This document shows positions 26,734 to 36,390 of a DNA stretch of 64,000 bases, one piece after another. Numbering within the stretch: position 1 is the stretch's first letter; each line of letters begins with the position of its first letter. Origin of the DNA: an uncultured virus (IMG/VR IMGVR_UViG_3300010158_000034) (taxonomy: Duplodnaviria; Heunggongvirae; Uroviricota; Caudoviricetes); IMG/VR virus record IMGVR_UViG_3300010158_000034; one strand, written 5' to 3'. Made by a program: the position numbers and the translations under genes. Below the pieces are notes generated by a model that was not told where the DNA came from, ran no database searches, and worked only from the letters and a program-made list of their open reading frames with translations.

Positions 26734-28199
26734 ACCTTTATGTTATATAATCGTTCAAATCGATCTGCATCTGCTCTATTGTTTACCATGGGTTCGCCAC
26801 GTATGTTTAAACTGGTGTTTAACAACATGGGACAGCCAGTGCGTTGATGCCATGCTTCCAATACCTGTCTTATTCCCGATCCATCTCGGGGCACAGTCTG
26901 TATACGGCTAGTGCCGTCAACGTGAACAACAGCAGGATATAAGTCAGGATGCCGGCAACCACCGACAATTTGCATATACCTACTGTCACTCCAGCCACGG
27001 GGGATATCAAAATAATCATGTACATGTTCCTCCAAAATTGCTGGAGCGAACGGTCTAAATTGCTGTCTTCGTTTGATTTCATTTACTCGATCCTTTACAT
27101 TATGCCCTCTTGGGTCTGCCAACAAACTTCTATTGCCTAGTGCCCTGGGCCCGAATTCCGCTCGACCACTAGCCACACCAACGATGCTGTTGTTGTATAA
27201 ATGATCAACAACGGCATCAACGGGATAAGCACCAGGAATATCACTGCCCAAGTAAGCATCACGCCAGTGTAGTCTTTTCCCAAATCGTAAAGCAGCCGCA
27301 CCCAGGCTGCTACCAGCATCACCAGGACAAGGCATAATCCAAATGTTATCAAAATAATCTCCTAAACGTCTATTTGCCAAACAATTGAGTGCTACGCCAC
27401 CAGTATACACTAGATTTCCGCTCCAGTCAAACTGTTTGGCACGTTGCATCACGGAGTAAATCAATTCCTCGCACAACGCCTGTGCTGATGCGGCTATATC
27501 CACACCATTGTAATAGTCTGCATAACTTGAAGGTAATCCGGTGTGTAGGTTTTGTTGGAATGTTATCAAAGACTGATTGCTTACCAAATCCGTTTTCATT
27601 TTTGATACTACCACAGGCTTACCATATGCACTCATGCCCATCAGCACGTACTCATCTTCCATGGGCCGTAAGCCCACTTCGGCTGTGGCCGCTGTGTAAA
27701 ACAATCCTATACTGTGCGGATATTGTTGACTCCAAAGTTTTTTATATCGTGCTTGACCATTGACATATTCCGCCGCCCATATGGTGATGGTGTCCCACTC
27801 ACCTACTGCATCAATCACCACCACCGTGGCTCGATTAAATATACTGGTTTGAAATCCACCGGCTGCATGACTTAAATGATGACTGTGTGTACTGATGGGA
27901 ACATCTTTAAAAAGTCCGCATAGTTGTTGTTTTACAATTTGGCCAGCAGTTAGTTTGTTCCACTCAATGCCCTGCCCTGAGTACAACTGTCGTAGTTGTT
28001 TTAGCCACGGACGTTCATAGTATGCAATATGATCGATGTTCCATTGCCCCAACTCAGCTATCAAGTCACGATGTATGTCAGCATCGTTCTTTATTTTACT
28101 ATAACGTTCACTGTGAGCAGCAAATAAGATTTCACCTGCAGGATCTACCACTGCCACCGAGGCATCGTGGAAGCCGGCACTAACTCCTAGAATTGACAT
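26724..28199 (-). CDS. O-carbamoyltransferase (NodU/CmcH/TobZ family)
   Basis: HDAS, ERYSKIK, HHLSHAA, DAVGE, MGMSAYG, GGVALN, DAGSSLGAA, EFGPRALGNRS, FRPFAP, HVDGTSRIQTV and LNTSLN. Confidence 0.95.
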   Translation of the reverse strand: MSILGVSAGFHDASVAVVDPAGEILFAAHSERYSKIKNDADIHRDLIAELGQWNIDHIAYYERPWLKQLRQLYSGQGIEWNKLTAGQIVKQQLCGLFKDVPISTHSHHLSHAAGGFQTSIFNRATVVVIDAVGEWDTITIWAAEYVNGQARYKKLWSQQYPHSIGLFYTAATAEVGLRPMEDEYVLMGMSAYGKPVVVSKMKTDLVSNQSLITFQQNLHTGLPSSYADYYNGVDIAASAQALCEELIYSVMQRAKQFDWSGNLVYTGGVALNCLANRRLGDYFDNIWIMPCPGDAGSSLGAAALRFGKRLHWRDAYLGSDIPGAYPVDAVVDHLYNNSIVGVASGRAEFGPRALGNRSLLADPRGHNVKDRVNEIKRRQQFRPFAPAILEEHVHDYFDIPRGWSDSRYMQIVGGCRHPDLYPAVVHVDGTSRIQTVPRDGSGIRQVLEAWHQRTGCPMLLNTSLNIRGEPMVNNRADADRFERLYNIKVCS

Positions 28200-28848
28200 G
28201 ATGATATATTTTTTCTGCCACTTGTTGGTGACCTTCTTCTAAAAAATGCCCACCGGCACCACGCGGACAACTTTGAGTCCATTCTGCCATGCCCTCTCGA
28301 GGCCATCCTAAATAATGTTCTGCATCTACTAATTGTGTTAGATGTGCAAATTGCGAATAGTAAGTGTTGTGATAATATTCGTTGCTGACTGTGTTCAACA
28401 TAACATAACGTTGATTGTGACTTTTTAAAAAATTCTGCAACATGATGACATTTAGCAAATATTGTTGGTACAAATATTGTGGATCATGATATTTGCTTAT
28501 GTAGTCTATTAGTTCCAGTCGCCAGGACTGACCTTCGCGGGTAAACATGTTGCCTGAATATCCAGGCCATATGTCGTAAACGCCAGTGGCATCTGCAAAT
28601 TCTATTCTTCCGGGGCTACTCCAACCAATGATGATCAAATCAGCTCGATCAATTGCCACAGGACTGTTACGACCCACATGATCAACAACAGTTCTAACCA
28701 TTCGTGTGTTGCCTGATCCTGGCCTAGCTTGATTATCAACTTGTGCACCAAATTGTTGTGCCAGTAAAGCAGGGTAAGCTGTGGCAAGATCGGTTAGTTC
28801 GTCACCGTAGGTAAAACTGTCACCCACTGCTAATATACGGTTAATCAT
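28180..28848 (-). CDS. SGNH-like hydrolase/acyltransferase
   Basis: GDSFTYG, PGSGN, IIGWS..GR and GGHFL..GH. Confidence 0.72.
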   Translation of the reverse strand: MINRILAVGDSFTYGDELTDLATAYPALLAQQFGAQVDNQARPGSGNTRMVRTVVDHVGRNSPVAIDRADLIIIGWSSPGRIEFADATGVYDIWPGYSGNMFTREGQSWRLELIDYISKYHDPQYLYQQYLLNVIMLQNFLKSHNQRYVMLNTVSNEYYHNTYYSQFAHLTQLVDAEHYLGWPREGMAEWTQSCPRGAGGHFLEEGHQQVAEKIYHHVNSRS

Positions 28849-28946
28849 TTGTAAATAAACGGATCTCTTCGACGCAACTCTTTTAACTTCTTACGATAAC
28901 GTCGTTCTAGTACAATTCTGTTATATAGATTTCGTAACCAGTTCAT
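28845..28946 (-). CDS. unannotated 33-aa basic peptide MNWLRNLYNRIVLERRYRKKLKELRRRDPFIYK
   Basis: Translated by hand; AGGAG RBS upstream; its TGA overlaps the next ATG (ATGA); it fills the gap between two SGNH genes. Confidence 0.75.
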   Translation of the reverse strand: MNWLRNLYNRIVLERRYRKKLKELRRRDPFIYK

Positions 28947-29739
28947 TGAATTTCTCCTGTATTAAGTTGGCGGCTGCTTGATGGGCCGGTTCTAATGGAT
29001 GTGTGGTGCCTATAGGGTATTTATTCTCTACTGCCCACTGGTAAAAACCTCTTGGAGTTGTTGTTTGATCTGCTCCTGTTCCGCAAGGAAACGAGTACCA
29101 ACGACTCCAATCAATTTGATTATAAATTGACTGCATTGTGACATCTGCACTGTGTCTAAGATAAGCATCACTATTTTCTAAATAAATGTCAGCTGGTGCA
29201 AACAAGTACGGTATTTTATTTATTTCTAAATATTGTTGTAAGAACAGTATTTCTTTTAAACTGGTATAGGTTTCATAATACTCGTTGTTGCCCACATGCT
29301 TGTAAAATGTTTTGGCAAAATCTGTCAGCCCAGAATTATCCAGCATTAATTTATTGTTTACATGAGCATCAAATACTGCGGAATCAAAAGTAACAAACTC
29401 TTTTTTTAAACTGGCTGGATCGTCCACTATATCCCATAAATTGATACTGTGCCAAGGCGAGGATCTGCGTTGAGTGTTGTAGTTGAATCTGAATTCATAC
29501 CTGTGTGTGAATGTCCATTGAACTATTACAAACAAGTCTTGATGTTTACGTGCTTCGCAAGCAGTCATTAATTGGCGTGCAATGGCGTTGTTGGCATTTC
29601 CGCTTTCAGCAACACATGTATATTCAGCGTTGATATTTTTTGATAGCAGTGCAGGCCAAGTTGATTCACTGGGTTTTCCTGCACAGTCTTTTAATTCTGC
29701 ACCATATACAAAACTGTCACCCCCGGCTACTATAATCAT
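28921..29739 (-). CDS. SGNH-like hydrolase/acyltransferase
   Basis: GGDSFVYG, SGNANNAI, VQWTF..R and TTHPL..AH. Confidence 0.72.
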   Translation of the reverse strand: MIIVAGGDSFVYGAELKDCAGKPSESTWPALLSKNINAEYTCVAESGNANNAIARQLMTACEARKHQDLFVIVQWTFTHRYEFRFNYNTQRRSSPWHSINLWDIVDDPASLKKEFVTFDSAVFDAHVNNKLMLDNSGLTDFAKTFYKHVGNNEYYETYTSLKEILFLQQYLEINKIPYLFAPADIYLENSDAYLRHSADVTMQSIYNQIDWSRWYSFPCGTGADQTTTPRGFYQWAVENKYPIGTTHPLEPAHQAAANLIQEKFNELVTKSI

Positions 29740-30802
29740 ACCCAGGCCTCATCATGTTGATTTGCTGTTGTTGGTAAGTGGCATCACTCCAGCAATAGTC
29801 AAATGTCTGTGCTACACCGTCTACTTCTATCTTGTAAATGTCCAAGTGTGAGGACAATATATTCCAAATTGTTCGATAATCCATAGTACCAAAACTACCC
29901 AGTAAGTCAACCTGTCCCAAGGGCAGGTATCCTAGACTAAGTTTAGCATCTCTGGAATCTCTTCCATTTTCAATTAACCAAGCCTCAAAATGACTTTGCT
30001 CTTTGTCATGCCACGGGTGCCCACTGTTACGCACAACATCATTTCCCCACTCTACGTCAAACTCGCCCGAGTAATATTTCAATTCTGTAACTGCTTCGCA
30101 TGTTGCGGCTGTCAATCGTGGAGCCGATTCATCACGGAACACTTCAAACAGGGTCTTGCCTATCTGTGTCCAGTGCATGTAAACACCACCCCGTACTCGA
30201 TCATATCCGTTGGCAACAAACCCCGATCTATGTGCATCTTTTAAATCGTACCTGTCAGCATTTAAGAATGTAGTGATCTGACTGGGACGTACCCAGTAAG
30301 GGTCAGTTGTTAACTTACGCTGACTCAGTATCAAACCTTCCATTTCGTGACAAAGATTATTTAACTGACGTATGGCATACTTGACGTCATAATTTGCGTT
30401 TCGGTAATAGGTGCTTAGGTCATCCACTGTGCCTTGCAATTGTTCAAAGTGATTGTGTAGACGATTCATTACTGCATGGTTGATACCATTTTCAGCATAG
30501 TCACGTCCACGCACTGAGTCGGGAGAGAATGTTTCCGCAATTTGATAATCAAAGAAAAAATCATTAATTGTCGTTACATGTTGATTTAATTCCCCACACA
30601 AATAATCCAAGTTTCTGGCGGTTCGGGGGAAGCCCATGAAGCAAAAGTTCTTCTCCAGCAGTTTTCCACTCTGTAGTAATAATTTTAAAGCTGAAATCCA
30701 ATCCTGTGCCAGTTCAGAGTCGTTGGCAACAATAGTGTAGTCCATCTGTTCTTGATGATTCAGGGGATTGCGTAGTACTATTCGAACTTTATTCATTGTC
30801 AT
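29717..30802 (-). CDS. hypothetical protein in the tailoring cluster
   Basis: Likely start 30802 (ATGA overlap); LHNHFE, LNNLCHE and YMHWTQIGK motifs. Confidence 0.65.
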   Translation of the reverse strand: MTMNKVRIVLRNPLNHQEQMDYTIVANDSELAQDWISALKLLLQSGKLLEKNFCFMGFPRTARNLDYLCGELNQHVTTINDFFFDYQIAETFSPDSVRGRDYAENGINHAVMNRLHNHFEQLQGTVDDLSTYYRNANYDVKYAIRQLNNLCHEMEGLILSQRKLTTDPYWVRPSQITTFLNADRYDLKDAHRSGFVANGYDRVRGGVYMHWTQIGKTLFEVFRDESAPRLTAATCEAVTELKYYSGEFDVEWGNDVVRNSGHPWHDKEQSHFEAWLIENGRDSRDAKLSLGYLPLGQVDLLGSFGTMDYRTIWNILSSHLDIYKIEVDGVAQTFDYCWSDATYQQQQINMMRPGYDYSSRG

Positions 30803-32094
30803 ATTGAATTCCACCATGTCAATACCGCAGGTCGTTCTGCCAGTATATCCTTCATAGTATACACGTCTCGTCGGATAGATTCAAGTGTTTCTATGCGGCG
30901 TTTGCCCTTTTTGAGTCCTGCTGAATAGGTATCTGGCCACTGTTCCTCGAAGGTGGGTCTAGTTTTCAGCTGGACAAGTATATCCTGTAGGGCACCGGGC
31001 TTTAACTCGGCAATGATTTCGTCCACCCAAGGATGTAATAACTCTCGAGGTAAGGCCAACGGGCTCATGACAATGTCTGGTGTGAAACTAAAAACCACTT
31101 TGGCTAATACATCTACTCCGAGTTCTTTTGCGAGCGATTGTATCTTTTGTACTTCAAAGAGTCCTGGTGTAGTAAGAGTGAAGTCCAAACGGATTTGGCG
31201 GCTATGACGTTGGATCTCAATTCCTTGGCGGATGTTTGCAAGCCATTGAGTAAAATCAAGACCTGATCTAATATACTCTCCAATTCGTCCCGTGCCATCG
31301 ATGCTTGCACAGATTTGCCAGTCACGTAGCCCAGCCAGTATGTCCCGATAGAGATTAACACCACGATGATCAACCCTACTGAGATTTGTATTGTATCTAG
31401 CGTAAACATTTTTTCCGTCTCCCAATTCTATTATTCTTTTCATGTACCGCCAATGCTGTTCATACATCAGGGGTTCGCCACCTACCCAATATACTTCTTC
31501 TATTCTATGCTGTTCCACTGCCTCACTGAATTCTGCTTCAATTTGTGTGTCTTGAAACTGAGAGATCTGTTGTTTAACTTCGGGCCGCATCCAATTGTTT
31601 TTTGGATTTGTGTAGTCAATCATGTTGTGTTGGCGTTGTTCTGTTTCCCAACTACTGCTCAACATGTCACCGCACATACGGCATTTGAAGTTACAAAGAT
31701 TGCTAAATCTATAATCCCACGATACTGGTTTTACAGTGGTGTATCCCCCAGCATCTGTGTTTGCCATTGCATACTCATACTTATTGCCAAACATGTTGTT
31801 GAAATAACTGCGGTAAACATCTGTGTTGAGCAGTTGATCATTGCACACAGTACACTCGGGTAGGGTTTCGCCTGCCATCATTCTACGTCTCACACTACGC
31901 ATGTGTTCACTGTTCCAGTGTTGGTCTAAAGTAATGGGTCGATATTCGCCTGTGCCAGCAGCTGTGTCTATGTATTGCTCAAAATTTTGTGCTGGTTCTC
32001 TTGATGCACAGCACATTCTTCTTTCTGTTTGTGGGCTTAGATAAGTGTGTGTCCAAGGAGCCATACATAAAGTGGTGGGTTTATGCATTGACAA
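30799..32094 (-). CDS. radical SAM protein with N-terminal Cys-rich (SPASM/twitch-like) domain
   Basis: CMAPW...MCC...C..C; CNFKCRMC; GGEPL; YNTN; ASIDG. Confidence 0.88.
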   Translation of the reverse strand: MSMHKPTTLCMAPWTHTYLSPQTERRMCCASREPAQNFEQYIDTAAGTGEYRPITLDQHWNSEHMRSVRRRMMAGETLPECTVCNDQLLNTDVYRSYFNNMFGNKYEYAMANTDAGGYTTVKPVSWDYRFSNLCNFKCRMCGDMLSSSWETEQRQHNMIDYTNPKNNWMRPEVKQQISQFQDTQIEAEFSEAVEQHRIEEVYWVGGEPLMYEQHWRYMKRIIELGDGKNVYARYNTNLSRVDHRGVNLYRDILAGLRDWQICASIDGTGRIGEYIRSGLDFTQWLANIRQGIEIQRHSRQIRLDFTLTTPGLFEVQKIQSLAKELGVDVLAKVVFSFTPDIVMSPLALPRELLHPWVDEIIAELKPGALQDILVQLKTRPTFEEQWPDTYSAGLKKGKRRIETLESIRRDVYTMKDILAERPAVLTWWNSI

Positions 32095-33145
32095 ATTCCA
32101 GTATGTGTTCTATTTTTTCTTCATTTTGTCGATTAGCATGATCAACAAATCCATCGAAAAAATAATGATAATTATAATCTGCCATTTCTTGTGCTGTTGA
32201 TGATGTTAAAAAACTAGCGAAATCAAACGTATCCATTAAATTAATTACACCTGCGAAACGATCAAGATCGGATAAATCATCAAACTGTATGTTGAATTCA
32301 TCTGTATAGTCCAGGAACCCCAACGATTTTATTCTAGCGTAACTGTGTTTTTGTCCTACTATAATAAACGGAGTTCTACTGACCAGTGATTTAATTGTTT
32401 TTTCAGTTAGGTATGCAGTAGGGGCATTATGCCTAGATAAAAATATAGACTCTGTGGTCCAAATCAGTTGAGATTCTGTATAAATCCTGTTGTCAACCGA
32501 CCACTGATGCCCCTCAACTACAGTTGGATTGTTGTGTAAATATGTCAATAAATTTAATTGAGCATCGGTTGGCGTTAATCCAGGATAGTACATATCTAGA
32601 GTTTGACTCAATTTTTCTAAACTATATTCGTGCTCGGGCTCGTTACAAAATGTATACTGTAGATCCTTTGAAAAACGTTCTAATAGATTTATCAAGATAT
32701 AACTTTTATGAAATGTTGTACGTCTAGATAATATTCCGTGTGTGTAGATTCTTTGTTTAATATTTTTTGATTCTGTTGGTTTAAAAAATCTAATTATTGT
32801 TTGTAAATGTTCTAAATAAAATACTTTTATTGTGTTGAATTTATTCGGCTCCCAATACTGCGAAGTTAATAAAATTACCATCTTGTTATTGAAGTACTTG
32901 TCTTGATCTATTAGATTTAAAAACTCTTCATTGACAAATTCCCCAAAAGCACAGATTATATATACATCATATCCCTTTGAGGGATATTTCATTTTCCAAT
33001 GGATTATGTCTGTCAGGTGAATTTTTTTCCTTGTCTTTATTCTTTTTAAAAAAAATAACAAATCACCAAATTCTTTGTCGCACGGGTAATTATAATAGGC
33101 TAAATCCCCGGAATAATATGACATGTCCCAAAGCTGAAGATGCAT
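32081..33145 (-). CDS. GT-B/GT10-like protein ('TEK' family)
   Basis: WTTES...YLTEKTIKSLVSRTPFIIVG...LGF...ADYNY. Confidence 0.55.
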   Translation of the reverse strand: MHLQLWDMSYYSGDLAYYNYPCDKEFGDLLFFLKRIKTRKKIHLTDIIHWKMKYPSKGYDVYIICAFGEFVNEEFLNLIDQDKYFNNKMVILLTSQYWEPNKFNTIKVFYLEHLQTIIRFFKPTESKNIKQRIYTHGILSRRTTFHKSYILINLLERFSKDLQYTFCNEPEHEYSLEKLSQTLDMYYPGLTPTDAQLNLLTYLHNNPTVVEGHQWSVDNRIYTESQLIWTTESIFLSRHNAPTAYLTEKTIKSLVSRTPFIIVGQKHSYARIKSLGFLDYTDEFNIQFDDLSDLDRFAGVINLMDTFDFASFLTSSTAQEMADYNYHYFFDGFVDHANRQNEEKIEHILEFVNA

Positions 33146-34362
33146 TATTTATATCCCATTGCCTTGGCTATTTCTAGGTGTGTATCCGCGAAACACTGCT
33201 TGCGATAAGCATCGGTCTGTTGCATCTGTCTTAAAAACTCTTGACCATCACTGCCCGAGCCAAGTTCTATAAATCGAATTACACTGTCAATTTCTTGTTG
33301 GTATTTACTGCTGGTCCAAAATACGGTTTTGAGTTTGTTCAACACTAATTCTTGTGCAGCTGGTGTCATGTTCTGTATGCTCATATGGTCAGGACTGTGC
33401 AACATGTTAAAGTACACACTACCAAACTTTTTTGTGTCGGCCCAGGCAAGTAGCTCATCTAAGTAGTAGACATTCTGTATATTAATAGTGAAACATAACT
33501 GTGTAGTAATAGAACCGTGGCGAAATGTTCTAAAACCATGTATTTTGTCAACTATTGTATTTGCTTGATCCCATTTTGCACCGTAGCGTTCATATTCAAA
33601 TCTATCCCCAACATTGTCAACGCTAAACGCAATATCCACACGGCCGAACTCGTCCCATAAATTAAAATGTTCTTGTGAGGGTTCTTGTGTGGCATTGGTG
33701 TTGTAATGAATGTCAATATGCTTGCTGTGTCCACGCAACACTGCATACTTTAAAAGATCAAAATGTTCTTCAATCAGCCAGGGTTCACCGCCGGTGAATT
33801 CTATATACCGTATATTGGGCAACAATGACCTCATGTTGTCCCAGAATGTAGCAGTCTTGCGTGGCCATGCACCCTGTCGTAACCAGGTATAGGCTATGTG
33901 TGATTTTTTGTCTACGCCTGCGGGCAAGTAGGCCATTTCCTCTTCAGCCCACTTGCTGCTACTCCACGAGCCACATATACGACATTTGAGATTGCAAATG
34001 TTTCCCAGTTTCAAATCCACAAACCACAGTTGATCCGGGTCATCGTTTGCCCAGTCCACTTTTGGGTATAATTCCTTTAGTCTTATCTGTGTGTGTATTC
34101 TTTTGCTGGCTCGGCCAGCGGCTTCTTCGTCCCAACAACGTGTACAGGTGGCAGGCTTTGCACCTGCACGAAATTGCCTACGTAACTCCTGCATATACTC
34201 ACTGTGATACGCAGTTTCAAGATCGGTGTTGTTTAAATCGTACTTGACTCCTTGCTCATCTGGGATCTCATCATGAGCCAAACAGCAAGGCCGTACAGTG
34301 CCCATGGGACTGGCCTCCACACTGATCCATGGTAGCATACAAATTGTGTCAGGAAGGGTCAT
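33145..34362 (-). CDS. radical SAM protein with N-terminal Cys-rich domain
   Basis: CMLPW...RPCC...CTRC; CNLKCRIC; TGGEP; YNTN. Confidence 0.88.
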   Translation of the reverse strand: MTLPDTICMLPWISVEASPMGTVRPCCLAHDEIPDEQGVKYDLNNTDLETAYHSEYMQELRRQFRAGAKPATCTRCWDEEAAGRASKRIHTQIRLKELYPKVDWANDDPDQLWFVDLKLGNICNLKCRICGSWSSSKWAEEEMAYLPAGVDKKSHIAYTWLRQGAWPRKTATFWDNMRSLLPNIRYIEFTGGEPWLIEEHFDLLKYAVLRGHSKHIDIHYNTNATQEPSQEHFNLWDEFGRVDIAFSVDNVGDRFEYERYGAKWDQANTIVDKIHGFRTFRHGSITTQLCFTINIQNVYYLDELLAWADTKKFGSVYFNMLHSPDHMSIQNMTPAAQELVLNKLKTVFWTSSKYQQEIDSVIRFIELGSGSDGQEFLRQMQQTDAYRKQCFADTHLEIAKAMGYK

Positions 34363-35665
34363 ATTGTTGTATCGCCTTTAATTCTGGAAACACTGCAAAG
34401 AAATCTTCACTGCGTACTTGATCTATTAGATTATTAGTTTTAAAGAAACTAGGTAATTCATGTGTGCTGTCTTGTGCCATCATAAAGTTGACTACACCTT
34501 CGTACCCCGAAGTGGCACGGGATAATGTATCCAAGGGACGTAACCATTCTAAATGTGTTTGAATTTTATCTTGTGCTTGCAATTTTAACGGTTCAGGCAG
34601 TACATCTACACGATAGCGATGTGGATGTTGTAGTATGTTTATGTTCCAATCCATTGGGCGTAACAGTCCCAGATCCACCCATTCTCTATGAAAGTCTGTG
34701 ATGTGCAACACGTTCATCATGCTGACTGTACTCGATACATAGAAATCCACGTTGGGACAAATCTTCAACATACGCTCACGGTTCTCTACAGTTTCTTTCC
34801 AGTTTTGCCCTTTGCGTATGTACTCTCCACGCTGATAACTACCATCAAGGCTGGCACCTATGCTGACACAGTCAAACAGTTTCCACATCTCAAGTACATC
34901 ACGACCTTTGAATTTGAGTTCACTGAAGTTTGTGTTATAAATTAGTCGTACATGAAACATTTCACGTCGAACCAGCTCGTCTAACACTTTCCAATGTTCT
35001 TCCATGATCAGGGGTTCGCCGCCGGCCCAGTAGATTTGTTCCAAGTGAGGAATGTGCTCTTGCATCTGTTGCCACATGTCACCTTTGTCTCGTCCGGCAT
35101 ACATTATCTGTGGATGCTTCGGATCCCATCCTGCGGCCTTTTCGTCTTTGTGCCAATTGCTAGAGAAGATACCACCACAAGTTCTGCAGGCAAAATTGCA
35201 AAGGTTACTGAAGCGAATGTCGTAGTAGCGTAATTTAAAATCATCGTACTGACCATCGGGCCGTGTGTTGTCCACTAGGCCAATATGATGTCCAAAGTTT
35301 TTGTTAGCACTTTCTCTCATACTAAACAAGCGACTTTTCTCTTGTTCGTAACATTTAGTACATTCTTTTGATGGAACGTTGTTCAGCATGTTGACTCGCA
35401 TTTGTTTCAGCGGTGCATCATTCCATATTTCACGCATGGTGTGTGTTTTGAGATTGCCAACAGGATGATCGGGCTCACTTAAACAACAGGGATAAGCACG
35501 ACCATCCGGGAAGGCATGCATGTGTATCCAAGGGATCATGCAGAACTCATCGCTTTTTACTAGTCTATCAAGTTGATCTGGTGTTAATTCTGATTCTTTG
35601 ATATAAATGGGCTTGCGGGCACCGTAGTTGTAATTTTTGTAATAATCTTCTATGTTGTCTGCCAT
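34349..35665 (-). CDS. radical SAM protein with N-terminal Cys-rich domain
   Basis: CMIPW...YPCC...CTKC; CNFACRTC; AGGEPL; YNTN; ASLDG. Confidence 0.88.
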   Translation of the reverse strand: MADNIEDYYKNYNYGARKPIYIKESELTPDQLDRLVKSDEFCMIPWIHMHAFPDGRAYPCCLSEPDHPVGNLKTHTMREIWNDAPLKQMRVNMLNNVPSKECTKCYEQEKSRLFSMRESANKNFGHHIGLVDNTRPDGQYDDFKLRYYDIRFSNLCNFACRTCGGIFSSNWHKDEKAAGWDPKHPQIMYAGRDKGDMWQQMQEHIPHLEQIYWAGGEPLIMEEHWKVLDELVRREMFHVRLIYNTNFSELKFKGRDVLEMWKLFDCVSIGASLDGSYQRGEYIRKGQNWKETVENRERMLKICPNVDFYVSSTVSMMNVLHITDFHREWVDLGLLRPMDWNINILQHPHRYRVDVLPEPLKLQAQDKIQTHLEWLRPLDTLSRATSGYEGVVNFMMAQDSTHELPSFFKTNNLIDQVRSEDFFAVFPELKAIQQYDPS

Positions 35666-36390
35666 GTCAATATATTTCTTTCAGCCAAAAATGGCATTGC
35701 TATTGCTTTAGTCCAAGTTTCGTGTCCTTGCATACTGGGATGGAACTTATCATCTTGCAATAAATCTAGATCTCTACAGTAGTCACCTAAGCATGGTACT
35801 ATCCATTTTGTTTTATCAATCGATAAATTCAAGTCTGTTAATTCTTTATTGTAATCGACCCATAACTCTTTGGTATTCTTGATATCTGTTATCGATGAGT
35901 AATAGAATTCAAATCCTTTTACTGTTAGGTAGTTAGACAAATTTGACATTGATAACCAACTGTGTAATGCAAAACTGTGCGAGCTTTGATATTTGCTGTA
36001 TTCAACTAGTGTTTGCTCAATATGCGTTCTGCGTTTGGGGTGCCACCAACTACCGCCAAGAACCAACTCATTGTAACCATCATAATTGTAAGTAAATGGG
36101 TATGCATTTTTAAAATTTGATAACGACTTGTCTGTTATCCAATCTATACGTGCCACTCCCGACCACATGGCCATAACTAATGTGTCAGCAGGATCTAAAT
36201 TGTGTTGTTCAATATATAGCATGATGCTATTGGCAATGTGAGTGTTGCCAGCACCCGGTATGGCTAGGTTAATAATATTCATTCCAGTCCACACTGCTAA
36301 ATCATTTGCCCAAGCAAAATGCTCTTCACAGTCATTATGTGTAAAACTGCACCCCGAAACTAGTAGTGTTTTATATTTAGAACGAGTCAT
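35650..36390 (-). CDS. SGNH-like hydrolase/acyltransferase
   Basis: SGCSFT, NLAIPGAGN, MWSG..R and DKFHPS..GH. Confidence 0.72.
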   Translation of the reverse strand: MTRSKYKTLLVSGCSFTHNDCEEHFAWANDLAVWTGMNIINLAIPGAGNTHIANSIMLYIEQHNLDPADTLVMAMWSGVARIDWITDKSLSNFKNAYPFTYNYDGYNELVLGGSWWHPKRRTHIEQTLVEYSKYQSSHSFALHSWLSMSNLSNYLTVKGFEFYYSSITDIKNTKELWVDYNKELTDLNLSIDKTKWIVPCLGDYCRDLDLLQDDKFHPSMQGHETWTKAIAMPFLAERNILTWQTT

